This document shows, one piece after another, positions 1-9,958 of a DNA stretch of 64,000 bases. The translations under genes were made by a program, and so were the position numbers. The notes beneath the pieces were generated by a model. The model saw only the letters and a list, made by a program, of their open reading frames with translations. It did not search any database and was not told the origin of the DNA. The stretch's first letter is position 1, and each line of letters starts with the position of its first letter. Source of the stretch: Centroscyllium fabricii (lineage: Eukaryota); assembly GCA_051313645.2 (NCBI GenBank), contig JBNRSN020000010.1, positions 199,020,001 to 199,084,000 of the forward strand, in the 5' to 3' direction.

Positions 1-344
1 TAATGTGGGCCCTGACAGACTTATAATTTTTTTAGTACTGTATGCAGTAGAGTCTATGCTTCCTTTTTCTGTTCCTTGCTCAGGCAATTTATTTCCACCT
101 GTCAGCCTGAAGTGGCTGGGCCGACACTAAATAGGACAGCCCAGAGGATACTGGACACATTCGTTTGCTGGGTTTTTGCAAATCTCTTCAGCATGAAAAT
201 TGGAAGGCGTTCAGACTGCTCTGTTTCCATCTTTTTTTTTGTTGGCATTTTTCCATCTTCCCGTCCTCACTTGCTGGGTACAATTCCTCCTTTCCAATCC
301 CTCTTCCAACTGAGTCTCTGTCAGGTGACCAGGCAGATTATTTC

Positions 345-583
345 ACCATGGAAAACTTGACATGAATCAGTCACTCATGAAAGAAAGCCTTATGAAATAA
401 TGCTGAGCGGCCTGCGGGCGGCGCTGTCCAGGGAGAGTATAAATACTCGGGTACAGGCCCAGCTTGCGCAGGACATTCTTTAACAGGAACTAGTGAAGGA
501 CAACTAGACCGCCATGTTGTAAAACACTTGATTAAAGCTTTGTTTTACGCTTAGACCAAGTGCCTAGTAGTTTTCTTGTGTCA
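345..583 (+). mobile_element. LTR-like dispersed repeat (second copy ~39130-39767)
   Basis: Shares gggagagtataaatactcgg...acattctttaacaggaac...gcttagaccaagtgcctagtagttttct..tca with 39190-39767. Has a TATA, attaaa and a CA end. No TSD seen. Confidence 0.5.
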
Positions 584-614
584 AAACTGCTTGCTGTTCT
601 GACCTGAAATCTGC

Positions 615-1410
615 AGACACACACACCGATAAACACACACACAGATTTTAGACCAACATAGTCAAACTCACAGACAGACACGCACACAGAAAAACAGNNN
701 NNNNNNNNNNNNNNNNNNNNNNNNNNNNNNNNNNNNNNNNNNNNNNNNNNNNNNNNNNNNNNNNNNNNNNNNNNNNNNNNNNNNNNNNNNNNNNNNNNNN
801 NNNNNNNNNNNNNNNNNNNNNNNNNNNNNNNNNNNNNNNAAATACACAGATGCACACAGACACACACACACAGACACACACAAACACACGCACAGACANN
901 NNNNNNNNNNNNNNNNNNNNNNNNNNNNNNNNNNNNNNNNNNNNNNNNNNNNNNNNNNNNNNNNNNNNNNNNNNNNNNNNNNNNNNNNNNNNNNNNNNNN
1001 NNNNNNNNNNNNNNNNNNNNNNNNNNNNNNNNNNNNNNNNNNNNNNNNNNNNCAAACATGCACACACACAGACACACACACATACACACACAGACAGACA
1101 CACAGACAAATACACAGCCACACACAGACACAGCCACACACACGTACAGGCACACACAGACACATATATGCACATACACACACAGACAGACACACAAATG
1201 CACACTCAGACACACACACACACACACATACTGACACACACGCACACACACTTCCAGCAGGTGGCACTGGAAGGAAATCACACACACAGACACACACACT
1301 TACACACAGACACACACTCACACACATACAGACAGATACACACACATACAGACAGACACAGACAGACACACACACACACATACAGACAGACACACAAACA
1401 TGCACACACA
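615..1410. repeat. Compound (CA)n/(CAGA)n microsatellite with two N gaps
   Basis: Direct inspection; N runs at 698-839 and 899-1052. Confidence 0.95.
1254..1267 (+). promoter_or_regulatory. CTCF-like motif (variant copy at 1414-1427)
   Basis: CCAGCAGGTGGCAC matches the CTCF core CCASYAGRKGGCRS. Confidence 0.35.
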
Positions 1411-1984
1411 CTTCCAGCAGGTGTCACTGGAAGGAAACCAGGAATGAGAACTGACCTGCTCCCCTTCCCGCCGAATCCAATAGCGCTAAGGTCAATTGTA
1501 ACACGCCTACTGCTTCCTGACCGATATCAGCCGCTTGACAGGGTCCAGGGAGTGCACCAACCACCTTCCAGGTCCATGTGAGTTAAGTGATGTCAGTCGA
1601 GCAGCAGTAGCAGGATTCCAATTCTTCAATGTGCAGTTGGGCCTCTCCACCTTCATTACATTGTGTGGTCTGGAGAAAACTGCTCAGTGCTTTGAAATGC
1701 TTCTGTTATGTTCTTGAAGGAATTACACAGGATCAATGCACAGTGCTCAGGGAGTGTTGAAAGGTTTATATGGTTTATATAGATTTTGCGGTGTTTTATG
1801 ATCTTAATTTTATGCAGACATTGGATTGTGGGTTTAATCTCATGTACATCCACATTGCCCCCATGTTCAACCCCTGGTCAGTGCTGAGTTAACTGGTTTC
1901 AGTCGGGCCGTTAGCTATTAGTTTGGAATTTGGCCCTTCAACATCCTGAACTACAAATGGGGGCGGAAGAAAAATCAACCAACA

Positions 1985-2710
1985 ACAACAACTTGCGTTT
2001 ATACAGCGCCTATCACGTGGTAAAGCATCCCAGGACATAGAAACATAGAAGATAGGAGCAGGAGTAGGCAATTCGGCCCTTCGAGCCTGCTCCGCCATTC
2101 AATGAGATCATGGCTGATCATCCAAACCCAGTGCCTTGTCCCCATATCGCTCGATCCCTATCGGGCCTACACCGACACATATCCCACCCTATCCCCGTAA
2201 CCCCACATATTCAATCCCCCTAACACCAAGGGTCAATTTATCATGGCCAATCAACCTAACCCGCACATCTTTGGACTGTGGGAGGAAACCGGAGCACCCG
2301 GAGGAAACCCACACAGACACGGGGAGAATGTGCAAACTCCACACAGATAGTACTCGAGGCTGGATTTGAACCCGGGTCTCCAGTGCTGTGAGGCAACAGA
2401 GCTAATCAGACAAAACCTGACACAAGCCACATGAGATACTAGGGCAGGTGAGCAGAAACTTGGTCAAAGAGGTCGGTTTTAAGAAGCCTTTTAAAGGAAG
2501 GGGGTAGCAAGTCAGAGCTGTTTAGGGAGGGAATTCCAGAGCTTAGGGGTCCAGGCAGCTGAAGGCACGGCCACCAATGGTGGGGCGATCCAAATTGGGG
2601 CTGTTCAAGAGGCCAGAATTGGAGGAGCGCAGGGGTCTCGGGAGGAGGTGACGGAGCTAGGGGGGGCGAGGCCGTGGAGGAATTTGAAAACAAGGATGGG
2701 AATTTTAAAA
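1985..2710 (-). mobile_element. L2-type LINE 3' fragment interrupted by a SINE
   Basis: Similar to the + strand copies at 35890-36232 and 61125-61625 (ccttcagctg..., cctaagctctggaattccctccctaaa, ...tataaatgcaagttgttg tail). Confidence 0.6.
2036..2408 (-). mobile_element. HE1-like V-SINE, CR1-tailed variant
   Basis: V-domain gtggagtttgcacattctccccgtgtctg..tgggtttcctccgggtgctccggtttcctcccacagtccaaaga and (tctatgtt)n tail. Confidence 0.85.
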
Positions 2711-3117
2711 TTGTGGAGGGGGGGCGGGGTGGTGGACTGGGGGCGGAGTGCGGCAACACCAGCTCAGCATTAGATCGTGCTCAGCTGCAACGCCAAACCA
2801 TGCTCAAACAGCCAGCCAACGTTCACAGACCAGGCTCACACACGCAAAATGGTCCTTTGAGCGAGTGGGCCCGTGAAACCATAGCAACCAGCAGTCCACT
2901 CCTCGGGAGTAGAAAAACATATTTTGGGGGGGGGGGTGCAATAAATGGAGACAGAAAAATAACTGAAAGCGATATTGAAATGAAAAGTCTGATTTTATAA
3001 AATGGTGACGGCCGCTGTGAAGTTGAAGGATGGGGGGCTGTGGGAGAGGAGTCCCCTTTAATTCAGAGCTGAGCAGTACCAGAGACAAGTGGACTAACAA
3101 ACTGATTCAATGGCTTT

Positions 3118-3602
3118 TTATTTTTTTTTATCCATTGATGGGATGTGGACGTCGTTGGCTGGCTAGGCCTGCATTTAGTAGTGCCCATCCCTAATTGCCC
3201 TTGAGAAGATGGTGGTGAGCCACCTTCTTGAACCGCTGCAGTCCATATGGTGTCTTATTGTTTTTCGTAGCGGTTGTTTACACTGAGTGTCTTGCTGGGC
3301 CATTTCAGAGGGCGGTTAAGAGTCAACCACATTGCTGTGGGTCTGGATTCACATGTAGGCCAGACCAGGTAAGGACGGCAGATTTCCTTCCCTAAAGGAC
3401 ATTAGTGAACCAGATGGGTTTTTGCAACAATCGAATCATGGTCGCCATTACTAAGACTAACATTTAATTCCAGAATTAAATTGAATTGCATTTAAATTCC
3501 ACCAGCTGCCGTGGTGGGATTTGAACCCATATCCTCAGAGTATTTGACTGAGTCTCTGGCTTACTAGTCTAGTGACAGAACCACTACGCCACCGCCTCCC
3601 CC
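3118..3602 (-). mobile_element. tRNA-headed non-autonomous derivative of the LINE at 14428-24480
   Basis: Head ggcggtggcgtagtgg...gggttcaaatcccacc (A/B-box-like). Middle matches 24280-24480 and the tail matches 14430-14550. Confidence 0.65.
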
Positions 3603-3924
3603 ATATTGATAATGAAAGGAGCACTTCTACCTCATTCAGAATTCGCTAATCACCAGGGCGTTTAAAGGCTGCGTTGGATGTGGCGTATTGCACTTGCTGT
3701 CTGTCACGGAGCCGCTTGTTTGTGGTGCGTGCATGCGCGCACGCGCTCGCTCTCCTGTTGAGGGCGTTAGTGTCCACGAGAGTCTCCAGCTCCTGCTGGC
3801 TTCCTTATCCGAGCATGTCTGTCCCGCTGTCCTACCCCCAGGGCAGATCCAAACTCAAGCCTCTCACGTGAGATTCTCCAGCTGCTCACCGCCTGGCAAG
3901 AGTGGCTGCGGCGGCAGCCAACAA

Positions 3925-4572
3925 ACGCACAGCAAGCTCCCACAAACGGCAATGCGATAGTGGCCAGATGATCTGTTTTTAGTGACGTTGATTGAGGGAT
4001 AAATATTGGCCCCAGGACACCGGGGATAACTCCCCCGATCTTCTCCGAAATAGCGCCCGTGGGATCTTTTACGTCCACCTGAGAAAGCAGACGGGGCCAC
4101 GGTTTAACGTCTCATCCGAAAAACGACACCTCTGACAGTGCAGCGCTCCCACAGTACTGCACTGGAGTGGTGCCCAGGGAAGGTGTGGCACAGGGCCAAC
4201 AGCAAGTTCGGGAGGATCACAATGCATCCTACGAAACCCAGGCAGAGAGGACCTGCGAGAAGGAGGGAGGAGGACAGTAGGAGTATGTGTGTGTGTGCTA
4301 GGCCATTATAGCAGAGCCTGGTCTCCAATCGTCTTGGACTTTCAAATGAAGTTCGGGACCTGGAACGTCAGCTCCCTCATGGACAAAGAGACCGTAGGTC
4401 CCGCATTGGACACATCGGTCACCTGAGAACTCATATTTAATGTGGAAGCAAGTCATCCTCGATTCCGTGGGACAGCCAAAGAGAAGAGAGACTGGAGTGT
4501 CAGCCTAGATTGTGTGCTCAAGTCTCTGGAGTGGGAGTTGAACCCACAACCTTCTGACTCAGGGGCGAGTGT
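3925..4572 (-). mobile_element. DeuSINE (SacSINE1/AmnSINE-like)
   Basis: Deu-domain ggatgagacgttaaaccg...aggtggacgtaaaagatccc...gccaatatttatccctcaa plus a tRNA-like head. Other copies at 42925-43975, 44548-44945 and 55928-56580. Confidence 0.75.
4170..4490 (+). mobile_element. Internally deleted RTE-type element
   Basis: 9-bp TSD actggagtg (4161-4169 / 4491-4499). Encodes the APE start MKFGTWNVSSLMD fused directly to a 3' end with a gagaaga tail. Confidence 0.65.
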
Positions 4573-4574
4573 GT

Positions 4575-5042
4575 TACCCGGGATGGCAGGAATGACGTGT
4601 GAGGAGAGATTGGGTCAATTAGGCTTATATTTGCTAGAGTTTAGAAGAATGAGGGGATCTCATTGAAATTTATAAAATTCTAACAGGACTGGACAGACTA
4701 GATGCAGGAAGGATGTTCCCGATGGCGGGGGAGTCCAGAACCAGGGGTCACAGTCTAAGGATAAGGGGCAAGCCATTTAGGACAGAGATGAGGAGGAATT
4801 TCTTCCCCCAGAGTGGTGAACCTGTGGAATTCTCTACCACACAGGGCAGTTGAGGCCAATTCATTAAATATATTCAAGAAGGAGTTGGATATATTTCTTA
4901 AGGCTAAAGGGATCACGGGATATGGAGAGAGGGCAGGTACGGGGTACTGAATTTTGATGATCAGCCATGATCTCATTGAATGGCGGAGCAGGCTCGAGGG
5001 GCCGAATGGCCTCCTCCTGCTCCTATCTTCCATGTTTCTATG
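4575..5042 (+). mobile_element. 5'-truncated CR1 LINE
   Basis: ORF2 C-terminus (GLYLLEFRRMRG...VVNLWNSLP) and CR1 3' tail. Confidence 0.9.
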
Positions 5043-6316
5043 AGCCACGTTTAACACACCTGAACGAATGTGCGTCTGCAACTAGCACAAGGTCATTGTT
5101 TTACATTCGAACTCAAGAGCCATTTATTTTTCCACATCCTCACTTCTCGCCTCTCGCCCTCCCCACCCCGACACCCCGAACTTAGATTGGAGAAAGTTCA
5201 CAGGTGAGGAGAAAGTCTGCAAAGGGGAGAGGCGCGGAGTGGGGGGGTGAGCGGCGGGTGAGATGAGTGGAAGAGCTGCATCAGGTCACAAATGGTTCAG
5301 CGGGTGCAGCAAGGGAGCAGAGGCGGATACTTAGATGGAAAATGGAGACGGAGAGGCAACTGCCTCTCCCAGGCTGGACAGCAGCTTCTTGTTCACCTCC
5401 TTATCAATAAAGATTGCCTCCCGCCCAGCCCTGCCACACAGAGTGAATGGAATTACACTCCCTGGAGGCCTAGAAATTCGGCTGCTTTGCACCTGCCATT
5501 CGTGTCTCCGGGGGGCACAAAGGGCTTATCGTCTGGGGCATTGCTGAGGTGCAGCCCAATAACGCCGCGCCCCCGCTGGTAGCACCCCGGGCCACTGCTC
5601 CGCCGGGGATGACATCATCACCGTGCGCCGCAACCTCTTACCGCCCCGCGATATAAATTTGGCTGCGCCCTGAGAGCAATGTCAGCCCCAGCCTCGTGGG
5701 TCACGAGCCGGCTCGACCTCCGCTGGCAGGGCAGTATTTAAAGGGGAGGTGTGTCTGCCACCCATTTTCTTTTTGTCACCAACCTCTGGGCCGGCCCCCC
5801 CGTGGCGCGGTCATGGCTGCCATCGCGCAGCCCGGCGCCAATATGCGGTGCGGCCGCGGCACCACGCCGCCCTGGTGGCCTAGTGTGGGCCGTAGGAGGC
5901 CCGGCATTGCTCGCAGCGGCCCTCCCCTTTAACTGAAGGGGGAGGGGCGATGAAACGCGGCAGCAACATCGCCTCGGTTACCGCCCCACCAGGAAGTGTA
6001 ACACCCAACATTGTGCTCCGCTTCCTGTGCGGGGCGGTAAGCCGAATTAAGCAGCCAGGATGATACTTCCGCGCCGGGCGCTAAATGCCCAGCCTTACCT
6101 CGTTTACTGCCCCCCAAATGGGCATAACCGAATTTTGCGCTCTCGATGGATTTTGTGTTGTTTGTAAACTTAAAAATGTAAATTTGCCTTGGCCTTCACA
6201 CACAGTCTTCCTCAGTAAAATACTTTAAAACAAAATCAAAACCGGTTGCCACAGAATGCCCTGCCAAAGACATGGCACATTTGCATATTTAGCAGCCAGG
6301 ATGATACTTCCGCGCC

Positions 6317-6566
6317 AGTCCAAAGATGTGCGGGTTAGGTTGATTGGCCAGGATAAATTGACACTTAGTGTTAGGGGGATTAAATATGTGGGGTTACGGG
6401 GATAGGGTGGGATATGTGTCGATGCAGGCTCGATAGGGATCGAGGGATATGGGGAGAGGGGCGGGGTACTGGGTTTTGATGATCAGCCATGATCTCATTG
6501 AATGGCGGAGCAGGCTCGAAGGGCCGAATGGCCTACTCCTGCTCCTAGTTTCTATGTTTCTATGTT
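6317..6566 (+). mobile_element. 5'-truncated CR1-tailed V-SINE
   Basis: Matches the 3' half of 22501-22902. Confidence 0.85.
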
Positions 6567-6731
6567 AAAGAGTCCACTGTCTGACTTAAGCTGGCCCTTC
6601 GGTCACAGTGGAGGTAGGAACGGGGGCGGTAAGTCGTTCCCCAACATTTGCGGAGCGCTATTGCCCCGTTTGTGCTGGATGGGAGTCCTCAAGTTCTTGA
6701 CTGAAACCCAGCCCCTGACTAATGCGAGCTA

Positions 6732-7078
6732 AGTCAGAGCACCGGTAATCCGGCACCCGATGGTCCGGCAGCTTCAGTGGTCCGGCACGATTGGAAACCG
6801 GCGCTCTTCATTTTGCGGAGCAGCCGCTCGGCGGCGCCACCGTTTCCCGCGAAGGTTGAGCGAGCCCCAAAGGCGTCGGGCGTTTGGGTTTCTGTTTTTT
6901 TTAGGTTCTGTAAGTGTTCTATCCCCGGGCTCCCTCCCGGGGAGTGTTCTACCTTGCGCTCCGGGCCCTGGGGAGTGTTCTACTGTGCGCTCCCCCCCGA
7001 ACCTTCAATGGTTCGGAATTTTCAGTGGTCCGGCACCGGCCTGGTTCCGAGGGTGCCGGATTAACGGTGCTCAACCTG
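6732..7078. mobile_element. TA-flanked MITE (Tc1/mariner-pogo type)
   Basis: Right TIR gggtgccggattaacggtgctcaacctg followed by TA; degenerate left TIR gagcaccggtaatccggcaccc. Confidence 0.6.
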
Positions 7079-7099
7079 TATTGCTTAAGGCTAAAGGGA

Positions 7100-7497
7100 A
7101 CATAGAAACATAGAAGATAGGAGCAGGAGTAGGCCATTTGGCCCTTCGAGCCTGCTCTGCCATTCAGTGAGATCATGGCTGATCATCCAAACCCAGCACC
7201 CCGCCCCTGCCCTCTCCCCATGTCCCCCGATCCCTATCGAGCCTGCACCGACACATATCCCACCCTATCCCCGTAACCCCACATATTCAATCCCCCAAAC
7301 ACTAAGGGTCAATTTATCCTGGCCAATCAACCTAACCCGCACATCTTTGGACTGTGGGAGGAAACCGGAGCACCCGGAGGAAACCCACGCACACACGGGG
7401 AGAATGTGCAAACTCCACACAGATAGTACCCGAGGCCGGATTTGAACCCGGGTCTCCAGTGCTGTGAGACAGCAGTGCTAACCACTGTGCCACCGTG
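7100..7497 (-). mobile_element. CR1-tailed V-SINE inserted into a CR1 3' end (7084-7636, +)
   Basis: Near-complete SINE. The host CR1 tail aaggctaaaggga|tcaaggg is split around it. Confidence 0.85.
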
Positions 7498-8339
7498 CAA
7501 TCAAGGGATCAAGGGTTATGGGGAGAAGGCAGGGACAGGGTACTGAGTTTGGATGATCAGCCATGATCTCGTTGAATGGCGGAGCAGGCTCGAGGGGCCG
7601 ATTGGCCTACTCCTGCTCCTATCTTCTATGTTTCTAAGAGGCACAGTTGGGTGGGGGTGAGGGTGAGGTGGGTGGGGGGTGGGGGGTGGCGGGAAAGGAG
7701 TCCCATTTTGAAGGTGTTGGAATGTTTTGTTGCCGAAAGAACACGAGTTTAAACAGCATGCTGTACGCAGTTAATTAGGAAAAAAATGTTTTTAGGGGGT
7801 TGACAAGCTTGTTTATAACCCATATTTCATCGTTGAAATTTACTGGCAGCTGTAAGTGCCTTGCACGCTGCGTTGCAATCGCGTTATGGCATTGTGATGA
7901 CTGTGCAATTATAAGAGGCAGAGTAAAATGATAGATTGGGCCAGTTAATGTCAAGTCGCACCACTTGGCAGACCGAGAGACGACCGACTGCTGAGTTAAA
8001 TCCGACAGCTTCCCGTGTGTGTTCCCTGCTCAGTCCCGGTGGGAGAATGATGGCGCAACAGGGGAGGACGGAGGGGCGGGATGTGAGCACAAGCAGGACT
8101 CATTGTCAGAGGGAGAGACAGTCACAGACAGCAGCCGTTTCCACCCTCACTTCCACCCTGTGCCTGCTCCCCTCGCCCACATCTCTCTCGCCGACCGCCC
8201 CCCCCCCACCCCGCCATGGGCAGTGTATTCGTTTCGGCAATTGGACGAGCAATTTGGGCTGTGGGGGTGGGGGTGGGGGGAGGTGGGGGGGGGGGGGGGC
8301 GGCGGTGGTGATGGGTGTGAAGAGAATACTTGCCCGGCC

Positions 8340-9213
8340 TCAGACCCCTTCCCCTATAATAAAATAGTCTGTTCCCTCTGCAGTGCAATCCCAGCTTCAC
8401 TGATTTGCTATTAGGAGTGTGAAGATTTGCATAGTCTTGCCTAGTTTTTTTTTAAATGCTTCTGGTCTCCTCATTCAGTATTGCTTGGTGGCTGCAGTCC
8501 ATCTACACACTGCTGTGTGTGTGTATGTGAATGTGGACGTCTGTGTGGAGATGCTGTGTTCCACCAAGTGCTCACAGGGTTAACATTCTTACATCTGAGT
8601 TGCTGGGAACAGTACTGAGAGGCTGAGGCGTCTAAATAGTTCTGCACTGCACTGCATCAGTCAGGAGGAGACTGGTACTGGGGAGCAGAAAAGGTCTTGA
8701 GGACTGCTGAACCTTTTTGTTTTAAACTCTTCTATTTTTTGAGGGGAGGGGTGTGTGTGTGTGTGAGACAGAGTGTGTGCCTTCTGCTCGCTTGCCACCA
8801 CCCGGGTACCTTGGATCACAGGAACCAGAGGAGAGATTGTTCTTCCTCCCCATCCCTCCACCCAAGTCTCAAGCTTTCTCCAGCCCAGAAGAAGCCTCGG
8901 ATGAGCAGCATTTTTTTTTCTTGTTGTTGTTGGTCAGCTGGCATGCACAGAGAAGCAACCTCAGCGGTGGCCTCTTGAGATACCCTCAAGGACATCACCC
9001 CCCCTCCACCCCAACACAGGAGGAGGACAGGTTGGAGGATTTTTGGGGGTTCCAGCAGTTGGTCATCTTATCTGGTCGATTTGGTGGGGTGGGGGAGAGA
9101 GAGGTGGCAGGGGCGAGATACCAGCGACTTAACTATGGGCTTCATACCATCATGAACCATCCCCTTCGCCTGGGAGCATTGCTGTGTCTCTGCGGGCTGC
9201 CAGAGCGCCGACC
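8340..9213 (+). promoter_or_regulatory. Putative NRXN3 beta promoter / 5'UTR
   Basis: TE-free stretch directly upstream of the beta ATG. TATA-like tataataaaa at 8355 and octamer ATTTGCAT at 8425-8432. The TSS cannot be determined from sequence. Confidence 0.5.
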
Positions 9214-9442
9214 ATGCACCTGAGGATCTCAGCCTGCCTCTCACCGAAGCAATGCCCCTCTCGCTGCTGCCGCCCAGCGCCCTGGATCTGGTCCCTGGCT
9301 CTGGGATGCCTGGTCAGCACCGTGTGGAGTTCGTCCGGCGGCTCTTCCTCGACACAGCATGAACACCACTTCCAAGGCAGCAAGCATCACTCACTGCCTA
9401 TCTCCATCTACCGCTCCCCAGCCTCCCTGCGGGGCGGTCACG
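9214..9442 (+). CDS. NRXN3: Neurexin-3 beta first coding exon (signal peptide plus His-rich beta-specific N-terminus)
   Basis: ATG in ccgaccATGc context. Translation [76 protein letters not shown] matches the NRXN3 beta N-terminus (MHLRI...GC..S.VWSSS...[26 protein letters not shown]). It ends CAC G|gtgcgt, the expected phase-1 donor. Confidence 0.93.
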
Positions 9443-9720
9443 GTGCGTCTCTGTCTGTGTCTCTCTCTGTGTGTGTCTCTGTCTGTGTGTGTCTCTGTCT
9501 GTGTGTGTCTGTTGTTGCTGCTGCTTCAAACTTGCCTGCCTTCTTGCTGTTTCTTCCGTGCATGCTCAGAGAGTCTCGCAGCCTCTTCGGTTTGTGCGTG
9601 TCAAATGTGGGCAGTCAGGATGCATTCAGTGTGGAGCATGCCAGCACAATCCTTGGAGTTTAAAATCAAACTGCAATCCAAGGGCTTGTTGAGTTATTTT
9701 AAGTTCTTGAATTCGGTGCT

Positions 9721-9958
9721 GTGTGTAAAGGGGGAAAGGGGGCAATGTTTTCTCTCTGACCTGGAATCTGTGTGCAAAGGGGTAAAGGGGGCAATGTTTT
9801 CTCTCTGACCTGGAATCTTTGTGCAAAGGGGGAAAGGGGGCAATGTTTTCTCTCTGACCTGGAATCTGTGTGCAAAGGGGGAAAGGGGGCAATGTTTTCT
9901 CTCTGACCTGGAATGTGTATGCAAAGGGGGAAAGGGGCAATGCTTTCTCTGTAACCTG
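9721..9958. repeat. 49-bp minisatellite, ~5 copies, ~280 bp downstream of the beta exon donor
   Basis: Unit gtgtgcaaagggggaaagggggcaatgttttctctctgacctggaatct starting at 9721, 9770, 9819, 9868 and 9917. Confidence 0.9.

Noticed and set aside
532-1581. Cys/Val and His/Thr ORFs
   Set aside because: Microsatellite and N-gap artefacts.
5545-6140. CpG island or alternative promoter
   Set aside because: The GC-rich block resembles the window's MITE interiors, and I could not define TIRs, a TSD or promoter evidence.
9313-9330. REST/RE1 site (tcagcacc)
   Set aside because: Only the left half-site is present; the GGACAG half is missing.
9184-9663. 159-aa single-exon ORF
   Set aside because: Neurexin similarity runs only from the ATG at 9214 to the donor at 9443; the rest is intronic GT/CT repeat.
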